Positions 31,342 to 41,688 of a stretch of 64,000 bases of DNA are shown in pieces. The stretch spans positions 1,504,001 through 1,568,000 of the forward strand of contig OZ244052.1 of NCBI GenBank assembly GCA_965215125.1, given 5' to 3'. How positions within the stretch are numbered: position 1 is the stretch's first letter; every line of letters starts with the position of its first letter. Under the pieces are notes generated by a model. The model was not told where the DNA came from. It searched no databases and was given only the letters and a program-made list of their open reading frames with translations. This stretch comes from an uncultured candidatus Porisulfidus sp. (GTDB lineage: Bacteria > Pseudomonadota > Gammaproteobacteria > Poriferisulfidales > Oxydemutatoraceae). A program made the translations under genes and the position numbers.

Positions 31342-32919
31342 ATGAAAGAACTCATCACCATTAAACAAGCCAGCCTATGGGCGAAAAAGTATTTGAACAA
31401 AAATGTTACAAGTTCGAATATAAGCTACTTGGTACAGTACGGTAAAATCCAAAAATATAACGATAACGGTATTACGACCGTTAACAAGTACGATTTAATT
31501 GATTATTATCAAAGCCGTTACGGACAAAGAGAATATCAATGGAGAGAAAAACTCGGCGACGATCTGAACTGGGCATTGTCTTTTGATACGCTAGAAGAAA
31601 AAGACACCACCAAACATGTCCATCGGTTACACCTTTATAAGGGTAAATTCATTCCTCAACTGGTAGAGTATTTTATAGATCACCATACCGACCGGTTTAA
31701 GACGCAAAGCTACTTCAAAAAGGGCGATATAATCCTAGATCCTTTTTCGGGAAGCGGTACGACACTGGTGCAGGCAAATGAACAGGGAATGCATGCAATA
31801 GGAATTGATATATCGGCATTTAATGTTCTGATAGCCAATGTTAAAGTAATTGAAGTTGACTTCAAAGACCTATACCGAGAAATACAGCGTATGACCGATA
31901 CTCTGCAAAAATTCATTTCCGAGAACAACAACCTGCATTTTGAACACGAACTGCTTGAAGCGTTGAATGTATTTAATAAACGATTTTTTCCTTCGCCGGA
32001 ATTTAAGATAAAGGCTAAAACAGGAAAAATAATAGTGAGCGAATATACATCGGAAAAAGAACGACAATTCGCCGAGATATTCGACAAGTTACAGAGCAAG
32101 TACGAAATAAACATTTATCAAAAACGCAACAATAATTTTCTAGAGAAGTGGTATTTAGAACCGGTAAAAAAAGAAATTTACTTTGCTTTTGAACAGTTGA
32201 AGAAAGTCAAAAATCCAATCACAAAGAAAGTAATCACCGTTATATTGAGTCGTACAATACGCTCGTGCAGAGCAACCACCCATGCGGATTTAGCCACACT
32301 TAAAGAACCGATCAGTAAAACCTACTACTGTAGAAAACACGGCAAGATATGCAAGCCTTTGTTTTCCATTTTCTCGTGGTGGAGACGCTACAGCACAGAC
32401 ACGATCAATCGTCTTTATCAGTTCAGTAAGCTACGTACCGGCACCTATCAAAAATGCCTGCAAGCAGATGCCAGAAATATAGATATCCTCTCAAAGTTGT
32501 CGGCTAAAGACCCTGCATTTGCCGCCCTTCTCGGAAAACAAAAGATAAGAGGTATTTTTTCTAGTCCTCCGTATGTCGGCTTGATAGACTACCACGAGCA
32601 ACATGCCTATGCTTATGATTTGTTTGGGTTTGAACGTAACGATACGCTGGAGATAGGTCCGCTATTCAAAGGACAAGGGAAACTAGCCCGAGCTTCTTAC
32701 ATCAACGGTATTGCACAAGTGCTGAATAACGCTAAGCCTTATTTGCAAGACCATTACGATATCTTTCTCGTTGCCAACGATAAATATAATATGTATCCGA
32801 CGATAGCCGAAAAATCGGGAATGAAGGTTGTCAACCGATATAAAAGACCCGTACTAAACAGAACCGAAAAAGATAAATCCGCTTATGCCGAGATTATATT
32901 TCATCTCAAAGAGGCATAA
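31342..32919 (+). CDS. Type II amino-DNA methyltransferase (likely m4C, M.MjaII-like)
   Basis: H.YKGKFIPQLV, motif I DPFSGSGTT before motif IV SSPPY. Coupled (TAATG) to a TdeIII-like endonuclease. ATG at 31342. Confidence 0.85.
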   Translation: MKELITIKQASLWAKKYLNKNVTSSNISYLVQYGKIQKYNDNGITTVNKYDLIDYYQSRYGQREYQWREKLGDDLNWALSFDTLEEKDTTKHVHRLHLYKGKFIPQLVEYFIDHHTDRFKTQSYFKKGDIILDPFSGSGTTLVQANEQGMHAIGIDISAFNVLIANVKVIEVDFKDLYREIQRMTDTLQKFISENNNLHFEHELLEALNVFNKRFFPSPEFKIKAKTGKIIVSEYTSEKERQFAEIFDKLQSKYEINIYQKRNNNFLEKWYLEPVKKEIYFAFEQLKKVKNPITKKVITVILSRTIRSCRATTHADLATLKEPISKTYYCRKHGKICKPLFSIFSWWRRYSTDTINRLYQFSKLRTGTYQKCLQADARNIDILSKLSAKDPAFAALLGKQKIRGIFSSPPYVGLIDYHEQHAYAYDLFGFERNDTLEIGPLFKGQGKLARASYINGIAQVLNNAKPYLQDHYDIFLVANDKYNMYPTIAEKSGMKVVNRYKRPVLNRTEKDKSAYAEIIFHLKEA

Positions 32920-33707
32920 TGACACCGGCAAAAGAGCAAGCTCAATCAATTGAAAAAATTATTGAAGACAGCTTACGAAAAAAACTGGAAACATATAATC
33001 CGGAACCTGCCGTTATGCCGTTTCATACTAGGTTGCTCGGAAAAGATCGGTTGGCTCTTTATTCGTTTATTCATTCTATAAACACAAATTTCGGCACCAG
33101 TATTTTTGAACCGGTGGCGGTTGAATTGGCTTCCTCTTCCCGCCGATTCCAATTTGTGGAACGCCATATAAAAGCGGTTTCCTTAATTAGTCAGCAAGCT
33201 CAGGATTAGATTCAAAATATAATGAACGGATTAACCGCTGCCAATTTAGAGCCGAGTAAGTATAAAGAAATTGAGGCGATACGCAAAGTTTGTCAATCCG
33301 GAGAGATTAGGCGGATAAAACCGACAATGGTAGATTTACATCTTAAAAAGAAAAGCGGGGAAATTTATTTGATAGATCTAAAAACGGCAAAACCTAATAG
33401 AGGTAACTTTAAGGAGTTTAAGCGAACTTTGCTGGAGTGGGTTGCAGTCGTGTTATATGAAAATCCAAAAGCAAAAATTGATACTTTGATAGCGATACCG
33501 TATAACCCTTCCGAACCTAAGCCATACGATCGCTGGACAATGGCGGGTATGCTTGACTTAAAGAATGAACTAAAAGTCGCAAAGGAGTTTTGGGATTTTC
33601 TGGGGGGAAACAATACATACGAACCACTGCTAGATTGTTTTGAACGAGTTGGTATAAGAATGAAAGATGAAATAAATAATTATTTTGAATGTAGAACCGC
33701 CGATTGA
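32919..33707 (+). pseudogene. TdeIII/MjaII-family type II restriction endonuclease interrupted by in-frame TAG
   Basis: ORFs 32919-33209 and 33222-33707 share a frame: ..QD*IQNIM.. (TAG at 33207-33209). Motifs MPFH..LLG, SF.HS..T.FG...FE, DL...IDLKT.KPN, IPYNP, FWDFLGG. Confidence 0.8.
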
Positions 33708-33830
33708 GCCAAATAACCGTTCCTTGTTGCAGTACCACAAGGAACATTACGTTATACGAGATTTAATTATTTATGGCTATTAGAAATAACACGAATGTCA
33801 AAGACAAACAGCGTGACATTATGCAGAAAT

Positions 33831-34052
33831 GGGGCTGTTGAAAAAGTATTCACGAACTTTAGGGACGGTACATTCCCCTCCTTTGGAGGGGTGGCCTATG
33901 CATTTTGCAATGCATGCGTTTAGCAGTCATGTTGAGGTTCTGAACAAAGTCACGCCGATTGACCTACCGGTTCAATCGGCGGTTCTATTCAGCCTGACGG
34001 GGTGGTCGCAGCGTATTCTGCACAAGTGTAGTATCTCCCCTTCAAAGGAGAG
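33831..34052 (+). repeat. Intergenic composite repeat copy 6 (module B inserted into module A)
   Basis: ggggctgttgaaaaagtatt, then ttcccctcctttggaggggtggc [module B insert] cagcctgacggggtggt. Confidence 0.8.
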
Positions 34053-34092
34053 GCATGGTTTGCTTCTAGGTTCGTAGTTTACGATGACTGGA

Positions 34093-34836
34093 TTATCGCT
34101 CAAAGTCCGAGCCTAAATAAATATCCCGAACTGTTTTGTTTCTTAGAATATCGTCGGGCACCCCTTGGGTTAGCACTTCGCCGGAGTGGATGATATAGGC
34201 ACGGTCGCAAATCTTTAGCGTTTCGCGCACATTGTGATCGGTAATCAATAGGCCGATTCCCTGCGCCTTAAATCGCAAGGTTAGCTTTTGCACTTCGCTG
34301 ATGGATATCGGGTCTATGCCGGCGAAGGGTTCGTCCAGCAACATAAAGGTGGGTTCTATCGCAAGCAATCGTGCAATCTCAACGCGTCGTCGTTCTCCTC
34401 CCGATAGCGATATTGCCGCTTGCTTGCGTACTCCGTGTAGCTGCAATTCGTCTATCAGTTTTTCGACTCTATGCGCTTTTTCGCGATCACTTAAATACGG
34501 CTGAATTTCTATAGCTGCCATGATATTCTCTTCTACGCTTAATTTTCTAAATACCGAGGCAGCTTGCGGCAGATAGCCTATACCCAGTCGGGCGCGCTGA
34601 TGTACCGGCAGTTCGGAGATCTCATATCCGTTTAATTTAATATGGCCTCGGTCTGCCTTGAGCAACCCCACGATGATATGAAAAGTAGTTGTTTTGCCCG
34701 AGCCGTTAGGTCCTAGTAGCCCTACTATTTCTCGGGTGCAAAGTTCTAAGGAAACCGATTTTACCGCTTGCAGGTGTTTGTATTTCTTAGCTAAATTTAT
34801 TAACTCCAGTCGGTCCTTATCGTTTGCGAGATCCAT
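34093..34836 (-). CDS. lptB: LPS export ABC ATPase
   Basis: GPNGSGKTT, LSGGERRRVEIAR, LLDEPFAGIDP, ITDHNVRETL. Confidence 0.97.
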   Translation of the reverse strand: MDLANDKDRLELINLAKKYKHLQAVKSVSLELCTREIVGLLGPNGSGKTTTFHIIVGLLKADRGHIKLNGYEISELPVHQRARLGIGYLPQAASVFRKLSVEENIMAAIEIQPYLSDREKAHRVEKLIDELQLHGVRKQAAISLSGGERRRVEIARLLAIEPTFMLLDEPFAGIDPISISEVQKLTLRFKAQGIGLLITDHNVRETLKICDRAYIIHSGEVLTQGVPDDILRNKTVRDIYLGSDFER

Positions 34837-34855
34837 GTCGGGGGACGGTGTTTAT

Positions 34856-35365
34856 CTAAGGTGTTTTTGTTTTGGGTTGGATTATGAGTTTGACTCGATT
34901 TTCCTTTTTTTCCATATCAACGGTTTTTTTTCGTATGTTGTAAATCGCATGATCCCCGGTCAACAATTTGCCGGCTTCTTTGATTCTAACCTTACCCAAA
35001 AAATCGACAATGCCTTGTGCCATTTTGTATTCAATGCGTTGGGCTTCAGCTTCTATCGCATGTTGTTCGTCTCGGCGTATTAATCGGCTCGGGTTGGCAG
35101 TGGCGATCAGTTTGCTAACCTCGTCATCGATAGTATGCACTTCAACCACATCGCCTTTCAACACGATATTCCCTTGAGAGATTCTAACGTTGCCGTGATA
35201 GATGGCAACACCGGTTTTGTTGTCGTAGCTTGCGCTATCGGCTTCCAGTTCCAGTGCATCGTCGGCGCGGCTAATATCTGCGGCGGACAATAACACAGAG
35301 CATAGCATCGCCAAGGCGATATTATTTGTTCCGACCCGCATTGTCGTTTTGAATTTAGCGAACAT
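34856..35365 (-). CDS. lptA: LPS transport periplasmic protein
   Basis: LEADSA, GNVRISQG, OstA-like beta-jellyroll pattern, RVKLIIQP. Upstream of lptB. Confidence 0.85.
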   Translation of the reverse strand: MFAKFKTTMRVGTNNIALAMLCSVLLSAADISRADDALELEADSASYDNKTGVAIYHGNVRISQGNIVLKGDVVEVHTIDDEVSKLIATANPSRLIRRDEQHAIEAEAQRIEYKMAQGIVDFLGKVRIKEAGKLLTGDHAIYNIRKKTVDMEKKENRVKLIIQPKTKTP

Positions 35366-35930
35366 TTAACACCTTAATATTGGATTTGAGTTTAATCGTT
35401 TGCGCCTCTAAGTCTACTACCATTCCGGTACCTTCGGTTATTCTTTTGTGTCTGCGGAAAGTTGCTTTGCTGTCGGTGTACGCTATCTTTCGATTAAGGT
35501 CAACCGTTGCGTCGTCGGTGTATAGATACTCGGGCATGCTGTTATCCGGATTAATATGGAAAAGATTAACATCTCCGAGCAATTCAATAAGCGCAGAGTT
35601 ATTTCCCATAGATCCTTTTGCCGCCGATAGTTGCAACGGCACCTTTGCGGGAGTTTGATAGCTAAACTTGGGTTGCTCAAACTCAAAGCCTGTGCTTCGG
35701 CGATAATATATTATCGGACTACTCAGGCGGTAGAGCAAGTTCGTTGTACTGTCGTAGGCATTAATAGTTGCGTCTTCAAATTGGCCGTTGTTTTGGTTTT
35801 TGGATATAGATCTTTTGTCTATCTTAAAGTCGGATTGCAAGGAGGCACCGAACATAGCAATCAGACTCAATAAGGCGCAATATGCGATAAATGACAGTTG
35901 TTTATACAATGTTTTTATGCGTTGATTCAT
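35355..35930 (-). CDS. lptC: LPS export protein LptC
   Basis: N-terminal TM, beta-jellyroll (A.KG, L.GDV, G.GM..DL). Start taken at ATG 35930. Confidence 0.8.
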   Translation of the reverse strand: MNQRIKTLYKQLSFIAYCALLSLIAMFGASLQSDFKIDKRSISKNQNNGQFEDATINAYDSTTNLLYRLSSPIIYYRRSTGFEFEQPKFSYQTPAKVPLQLSAAKGSMGNNSALIELLGDVNLFHINPDNSMPEYLYTDDATVDLNRKIAYTDSKATFRRHKRITEGTGMVVDLEAQTIKLKSNIKVLNVR

Positions 35931-35953
35931 GGTTCGAAAAAAACAATATGGAA

Positions 35954-36622
35954 TCAATCCGGTGCCGGTGAGATCAGCGTATCGTAAGAGTTGAAGATTC
36001 TGCAGAATATATCTGCCGTAACTTGCGCATCGTAAAGTGCCGAATGTGCCGCATCGGAATCCCATTGATAACCGGCGGCTTCTGCGATCCTCGATAATAC
36101 GGTGTTTTGATAGGCGAGTGCACCCAGAGTAGCCGTATCCAGACTACTGAATTTGTGGAAAGGATTGTTTCTAATTTTGCAGCGACTGATTGCCTCATTC
36201 ATAAATTTGAGGTCGAAGAAAGAGTTGTGACCGACGAGAACTGCTCGTGTACACTGATAATTCCTGAGAGATTCTCGTATTTTCTTAAAAACCGCATTTA
36301 GTACTTCGCACTCGTCGAGAGCTAAGCGTAAGGCACTATAAGGATTAATGCCGTTAACCTTCAAGGCCTCATTGTCTATATTAGCTCCTTCAAACGGTTT
36401 TATATGGTAGTGTATGGTTTTCTCTTTATATAGATTAAAGTTTTGATCAACGCCGATGACAATCGCTGCAAGTTCCAATAAGGCGTCGGTTTTTTCATTG
36501 CATCCGCCGGTTTCTATATCAACCACCACCGGTAAAAAGGAGCGAAATCTTTCCTGTAGCCAACTGATTCGTTCAATGCGCCTGGTGTCTATGTTGACCT
36601 TTACCAAAGTTGGATTATCCAC
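35954..36622 (-). CDS. rnt: Ribonuclease T
   Basis: RFRSFLPVVVDIETGG, LVGHN..FD, NPFH.FS..DT, AHSALYD. Probable GTG start overlapping the pyrC stop. Confidence 0.93.
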   Translation of the reverse strand: MDNPTLVKVNIDTRRIERISWLQERFRSFLPVVVDIETGGCNEKTDALLELAAIVIGVDQNFNLYKEKTIHYHIKPFEGANIDNEALKVNGINPYSALRLALDECEVLNAVFKKIRESLRNYQCTRAVLVGHNSFFDLKFMNEAISRCKIRNNPFHKFSSLDTATLGALAYQNTVLSRIAEAAGYQWDSDAAHSALYDAQVTADIFCRIFNSYDTLISPAPD

Positions 36623-37652
36623 TCTCAATACTCCATTCAAGTTTCTGTCCCGCCAACATGGGGACGATTTCTTCGTCGCCGATAGTTTCCGCAACGTGTT
36701 CCGTTTTTTTAACTAGCCTAATTTGTTTTTTATTAATCGGTAGCTTATAAAAACGCGGCCCGTTGATACAAGCAAACTGTTCCAGTTTGTCCAGTTTTTG
36801 ATTTTCCTCGAATATCCTTGCGTAAACCCCCATTGCGACCGGTGCATTGAATATGCCTGCACAACCACAGCTACTTTCTTTTTCCGAGCGCGCGTGCGGT
36901 GCGCTATCGGTGCCTAAGAAAAAGCACTTGTGACCACTGCATGCAGCCTGTACTAAAGTTGTGCGATGTCTCTCGCGTTGTGGAAGTGGCAAGCAATAAC
37001 GATGCGGGCGCAATCCGTCTTCAAATAGATCGCTGCGCGTGTATAACAAGTGATGTGGTGTGATCGTCGCCGCCATGTATGCGTCGTTGTCTTCCACATA
37101 CTGTACGGCATCACTCGTCGTGATGTGTTCAAACACAATTCTCAATTCGGGAAATTGTTTTCTTATAGTCATAAAACTGTGTTCTATAAAATGTTTCTCG
37201 CGATCAAATACATCTAAGGATGTATCCGTACTTTCTCCATGCACCAACAACGGCATATCGAATTTTTGCATCACTTCTAAAACGCGATGTATCGCTTCAA
37301 TCGATGTAACACCTTGATTGGAATGTGTTGTTACCCCTCGAGGGTATAGTTTAACGCCATGAATAAAATCGCAGGTTGCGGCATCCTTTATTGTTTGTGC
37401 CGGCAGGTCTTCGGTCATATAGAGCGTCATCAAAGGTTCAAATTTCGGTACTGCTTCTATAATTCTATCTCTATATGCTCGGCATTGCGCCACTGTGGTG
37501 ACGGGAGGTACTAGATTGGGCATGATAATCGCACGTTTGAATATCGTGGCACTAATCGGCGCGACCGTTTGCATCGTGCGACCGTCTCTTAAATGCAAGT
37601 GCCAATCGTCGGGCTGCAGAATCGTTAATTCGGATAATTTTTGAGTGACCAT
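36615..37652 (-). CDS. pyrC: Dihydroorotase (homodimeric type)
   Basis: PDDWHLHLRDG, MPNLVPP, KLYP, FEHITT, FLGTDSAPH. Confidence 0.97.
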   Translation of the reverse strand: MVTQKLSELTILQPDDWHLHLRDGRTMQTVAPISATIFKRAIIMPNLVPPVTTVAQCRAYRDRIIEAVPKFEPLMTLYMTEDLPAQTIKDAATCDFIHGVKLYPRGVTTHSNQGVTSIEAIHRVLEVMQKFDMPLLVHGESTDTSLDVFDREKHFIEHSFMTIRKQFPELRIVFEHITTSDAVQYVEDNDAYMAATITPHHLLYTRSDLFEDGLRPHRYCLPLPQRERHRTTLVQAACSGHKCFFLGTDSAPHARSEKESSCGCAGIFNAPVAMGVYARIFEENQKLDKLEQFACINGPRFYKLPINKKQIRLVKKTEHVAETIGDEEIVPMLAGQKLEWSIESG

Positions 37653-37735
37653 AACAACATTATATAAGTACAGCTTATAATATGCGGATTGACATTAATT
37701 TGATAGCTATATATGAAGAATTTTGAACAACATCC

Positions 37736-38944
37736 ATGGCAGATATATCTAAAATAGTATTGGCTTATTCCGGTGGTTTGGACACTTCCATCATACTCAA
37801 GTGGTTACAAGAGGAATACCGCGCCGAAGTTTATGCCTTTATCGCCGATGTAGGGCAAGGCGAGGAACTTCAACCTGCGGTGCAAAAAGCAAAGATGTTA
37901 GGGGCTACCGATGTTTTTGTTGAAGACCTACGGGAAATTTTCGTACGGGATTTTGTGTTTCCGATGTTCCGAGCGAACACGGTCTACGAAGGCGAGTACC
38001 TGTTGGGAACTTCCATTGCTCGTCCGCTGATTGCACAGTATTTGATTAAAGCGGCGGATGCGGTTGGTGCGGACGCTATTGCCCATGGGGCGACCGGCAA
38101 GGGCAACGATCAAGTGCGCTTTGAGTTAGCTGCTTATGCACTGAAGCCCGATATTCGGATTATTGCGCCTTGGCGGCAATGGCAACTTAATTCACGCAGT
38201 GCTCTGCTCGATTATGCTACGCAGCACGGTATTGCCGTAGACAAAGATGCCAGTGGTGAACCCCCTTATTCTATGGATGCGAACTTGCTGCATACCTCTT
38301 ACGAGGGAGGTCTATTAGAAGATCCATGGTGCGAACCTCGGCAAACGATGTGGCAAAGAACCGCAAGCCCGGAGACAGCCGTCGATACACCGGAGACTAT
38401 TACCTTGGATTTTGAAAAAGGCGACCCGTGTTCAATAGACGGTGAGACACTGGCTCCGGCAGAGATGTTGAGATGTCTAAACGAATTGGCAGGCAAGCAC
38501 GGCGTAGGCAGAACCGACTTGGTTGAAAATCGTTATGTGGGCATGAAATCCAGAGGCTGTTATGAAACGCCCGGCGGCACGCTATTGTTGAAAGCACATA
38601 GAGCAATGGAATCGCTCACTTTGGATAGAGAACTGGCGCACTTAAAAGATGAACTGATGCCTCGTTATGCCCGGCTCATTTATAACGGTTATTGGTGGAG
38701 CGAAGAGCGTAGCGCATTGCAACGGTTGATTGATTATAGCCAGTCCAATGTAACCGGCAAGGTGCGGATGAGACTCTACAAAGCAAATGTAGAAGTCACC
38801 GGCAGACAGGCACCGAATAGTCTGTTCGACAGTGCGGTTGCCAGCTTTGAAGACGACCAAGGCACATACGACCCACGCGACGCAGAAGGCTTTATTAAAC
38901 TCAACGCACTACGCTTACGTACTTCGGGTCCGATCAAGCCGTAG
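37736..38944 (+). CDS. argG: Argininosuccinate synthase
   Basis: [40 protein letters not shown]. Confidence 0.98.
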   Translation: MADISKIVLAYSGGLDTSIILKWLQEEYRAEVYAFIADVGQGEELQPAVQKAKMLGATDVFVEDLREIFVRDFVFPMFRANTVYEGEYLLGTSIARPLIAQYLIKAADAVGADAIAHGATGKGNDQVRFELAAYALKPDIRIIAPWRQWQLNSRSALLDYATQHGIAVDKDASGEPPYSMDANLLHTSYEGGLLEDPWCEPRQTMWQRTASPETAVDTPETITLDFEKGDPCSIDGETLAPAEMLRCLNELAGKHGVGRTDLVENRYVGMKSRGCYETPGGTLLLKAHRAMESLTLDRELAHLKDELMPRYARLIYNGYWWSEERSALQRLIDYSQSNVTGKVRMRLYKANVEVTGRQAPNSLFDSAVASFEDDQGTYDPRDAEGFIKLNALRLRTSGPIKP

Positions 38945-39056
38945 GGGTGGCAGGCATAGCCTGACGGGGTGGTTGATCGTATCTGCACAACTACATTGAC
39001 GTTTCTATTTATGCGATGCCAATACTTTTTCAACAGCCCCGGTGTGTCTGCACAAT
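38942..39056. repeat. Intergenic repeat copy 7
   Basis: ggggtggcaggcatagcctgacggggtggtt, plus aatactttttcaacagcccc (reverse complement of 33831-33850). Confidence 0.8.
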
Positions 39057-39183
39057 GTCATGATACAAGTGTCGGTTCTGGTATCGACAGCACCCCATTA
39101 CGACTTTGTGTTGACACATGTGAAACTATAGCTTGACATTAACAACATAGCATTTAATATATAATCCTTTTAACGATACCGTA

Positions 39184-39933
39184 ATGAGTAAAACAAAACA
39201 CTTTCTGTATTTATGCCTCGCCGTTCTGTTGAGCGGTTGTGCGGCGCAATCGAATAGTTTTAGCGATGCATCGGACACCGCCGACCCATGGGAAGGTTAT
39301 AACCGCTCGGTTTTTGCTTTCAACGAAAGCGTGGACAAGGCTGTGCTTAAGCCTGTCAGTACCGCTTATACTAAAGTATTCCCCTCTTTTGTGCGCGACC
39401 GCATAACCAGTTTTTTTGCAAACATTCAAGACATTCCGATTGCCGCAAATAATTTTCTGCAAGGCAACGCCGGTGCGGGCGGTGGTGATTTGTTACGAGT
39501 ATTGATAAATTCCACGGTCGGACTTGCCGGTTTATTCGATGTGGCATCCAAGGTAGACGGGCTTGAAAAGCACAACGAGGATTTTGGGCAAACGCTGGCT
39601 GTATGGGGCGTGGGATCCGGTCCTTATGTGATGATTCCGATTTTGGGCCCTAGTACCGCTCGTGATTTTCCGTCTCGTTTCGTAGATATTTTTATGAACC
39701 CACTGGTTTATGTAGGAGACGATGATTGGCGTGATGGCTTGCTGATAACCGAAGGCATCAACACCCGCGCCGGCTTTATACCTCTGGAGGGAGTCGTGAG
39801 AGCCATGTCTCCCGATTATTATGTTGCGCTCAGAGATTTCTATTTGAAACGCCGGCAAAATCTGATTGAAAATAACGAGGGAGAGGGAGACTCCGATACA
39901 CTCTATCGGGAACTTCTTTCGGAGTCCGAGTAA
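39184..39933 (+). CDS. mlaA: MlaA/VacJ lipoprotein
   Basis: Lipobox LSGC, DPWEGYNR..F.FN, NSTVGLAGLFD, EDFGQTL..WG, GPSTARD. Confidence 0.95.
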   Translation: MSKTKHFLYLCLAVLLSGCAAQSNSFSDASDTADPWEGYNRSVFAFNESVDKAVLKPVSTAYTKVFPSFVRDRITSFFANIQDIPIAANNFLQGNAGAGGGDLLRVLINSTVGLAGLFDVASKVDGLEKHNEDFGQTLAVWGVGSGPYVMIPILGPSTARDFPSRFVDIFMNPLVYVGDDDWRDGLLITEGINTRAGFIPLEGVVRAMSPDYYVALRDFYLKRRQNLIENNEGEGDSDTLYRELLSESE

Positions 39934-39994
39934 GCAAGTTTCGCAAAGAGTGCCCGGGTTTTGATTATATAAGTGAATTATTAGGAGAACGACT

Positions 39995-40612
39995 ATGACA
40001 AATAAACCTAAAAAACATCTTCACCCTATAGCCACCGAAAAGTCGGAGGGTAGCGGCGATCGTATCACTGAATTGGTCGGAGAATTATTATTGGAATTGG
40101 GCGAGGATGTCGAGCGCGAAGGTTTGATTAAAACCCCGCAACGTGTTGCCGATTCATTAAGATTTTTAGTCGCCGGCTATGGCCAGGATATCCGATCAAC
40201 GATAGATACCGCTTTATTCCGGGTGGAATGTAACGAGATGGTGATTGTTAAAGACATTGAGTTTTACTCTTTATGCGAACACCATTTGTTGCCTATCACC
40301 GGCAAAGCACATATCGGTTATTTGCCTAACGGTCAGGTAATTGGTCTTAGTAAGATGGCAAGGGTCGTCGATATTTTTGCGCGTCGTCTGCAAGTGCAAG
40401 AGCGTATGACGAACCAAATCGCCGACAGCCTAATGAAATATCTCAATGCGACCGGTGTCGGTGTAGTGGTAGAAGCCGTTCACTATTGCATGGTGATGCG
40501 CGGCGTGCAAAAACAGAACAGTAAGACGGTTACTAGCGCGATGCTTGGTTCTTTTAGAGAAGACCCGCGTACTCGAACCGAGTTCATGGAGCTCATCAAA
40601 AAATCTTTATAA
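39995..40612 (+). CDS. folE: GTP cyclohydrolase I
   Basis: [36 protein letters not shown]. Confidence 0.97.
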   Translation: MTNKPKKHLHPIATEKSEGSGDRITELVGELLLELGEDVEREGLIKTPQRVADSLRFLVAGYGQDIRSTIDTALFRVECNEMVIVKDIEFYSLCEHHLLPITGKAHIGYLPNGQVIGLSKMARVVDIFARRLQVQERMTNQIADSLMKYLNATGVGVVVEAVHYCMVMRGVQKQNSKTVTSAMLGSFREDPRTRTEFMELIKKSL

Positions 40613-40725
40613 CTCGAATGTGAGGGTGGTTGCGTAATACACAAATGTGCATTTATACAGCCCTGAATCAAGCTGTTAAGCGTTATTTAGACTAAATATT
40701 TTATGTTTTAGGATTTATAAGTATA

Positions 40726-40754
40726 TTGACTAAATATGAATAATCATATATTAT
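40726..40754 (+). promoter_or_regulatory. Predicted sigma70 promoter for adaptor/giant operon 2
   Basis: TTGACT, 17-bp spacer, TATTAT. The direct repeat gactaaatat occurs at about 40690 and 40728. Confidence 0.5.
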
Positions 40755-40853
40755 GCAGTTGTAGTGGGTTGACTGCATACCCTCTTTACAGTTAATAACA
40801 CATGAATATACAAAAAATACAGGTTATAAGCATGGTGGAATTCCTATTATTTT

Positions 40854-41684
40854 ATGAATTTGGGGCGAAACGAAGCTATGATGATTAGAAAGATAATAGT
40901 AAATGCTTTGTTCTTTTTAGTGCTAATGATGCCGACGATTAGTACTGCACAAACTGAACAACCACTAAGAAGTAATAGCAATGTTGATAATACCGATCCT
41001 TATTGCGGTACTAATGGTTATCTTGAAGAAGCACTTGGTGTCAGTAGGCAATGTAGTATTACGAACACAAGCATACCTAATAACGTCTCTGATTGGGTAT
41101 TGCTTGAGTTGCGTGCAGTGGATAGCAGCAAGGGGGTAGAGGGTGCAACAACAGAAACGGTGGTCGCACGCAAGCCTGCTTTATTGCTACAGAACGGCTA
41201 TGTTGTAGACGCGGACAAATATGGTGGGACCGATACGTGCACCAACTTTAATGTAGCCGACCCGGACAACTGCCCTCTTGTAGAGTTTGATTTTCCCGAC
41301 AATACGCAGATATTGGGTAAGGATTTATATGTGGTCGTACGTCATATAAATCATCTAGACATTATTTCTAACGAAAAAATGTCAACAGCAACTACAAGCC
41401 TAGGGACAAGTTATACCTATGATTTCACAGTCCTTACGGCATCAGAAACAAACGCTGCCAGAGGAGGAAATCTTGGTTTGAAGATAGAAAACGGAACGGC
41501 GGCAATGTATGTGGGTGATGTAAATCACGACGCGAATATAAATGCTGCCGATTATCTACAAATATATAATGATGCGGGAACAACGTCTAAGAGGTCTGAC
41601 ATTGATTTCAACGGTACAGTGAATGCCGACGATGCCTCTTCCCGATTGGGTCAGAATTTAGGTCGAACAACGCAGCTGCCCTAG
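40854..41684 (+). CDS. Secreted 'adaptor' protein 2: DWVLLELR/RHINH beta-domain plus dockerin-like double Ca-loop
   Basis: Signal peptide (ISTA|Q; true start may be 40878). Motifs TDPY, DWVLLELR, ARKPALLLQNG, YVVVRHINH, YTYDF, GDVNHDANINAAD...SDIDFNGTVNADD. Confidence 0.8.
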   Translation: MNLGRNEAMMIRKIIVNALFFLVLMMPTISTAQTEQPLRSNSNVDNTDPYCGTNGYLEEALGVSRQCSITNTSIPNNVSDWVLLELRAVDSSKGVEGATTETVVARKPALLLQNGYVVDADKYGGTDTCTNFNVADPDNCPLVEFDFPDNTQILGKDLYVVVRHINHLDIISNEKMSTATTSLGTSYTYDFTVLTASETNAARGGNLGLKIENGTAAMYVGDVNHDANINAADYLQIYNDAGTTSKRSDIDFNGTVNADDASSRLGQNLGRTTQLP

Positions 41685-41688
41685 GATA

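Noticed and set aside
33207-33209. TAG as programmed readthrough or alternative genetic code
   Set aside because: TAG is a normal stop for other genes here (e.g. ftsH, argG), and no pyl machinery is visible. A nonsense mutation or sequencing error is simpler.
33829-34077. ORFs at 33829-34077, 17196-17453 and 15591-15824, sharing peptides pairwise such as VTPIDLPVQSAVL
   Set aside because: The similarity comes from the non-coding repeat modules, not from a protein family.
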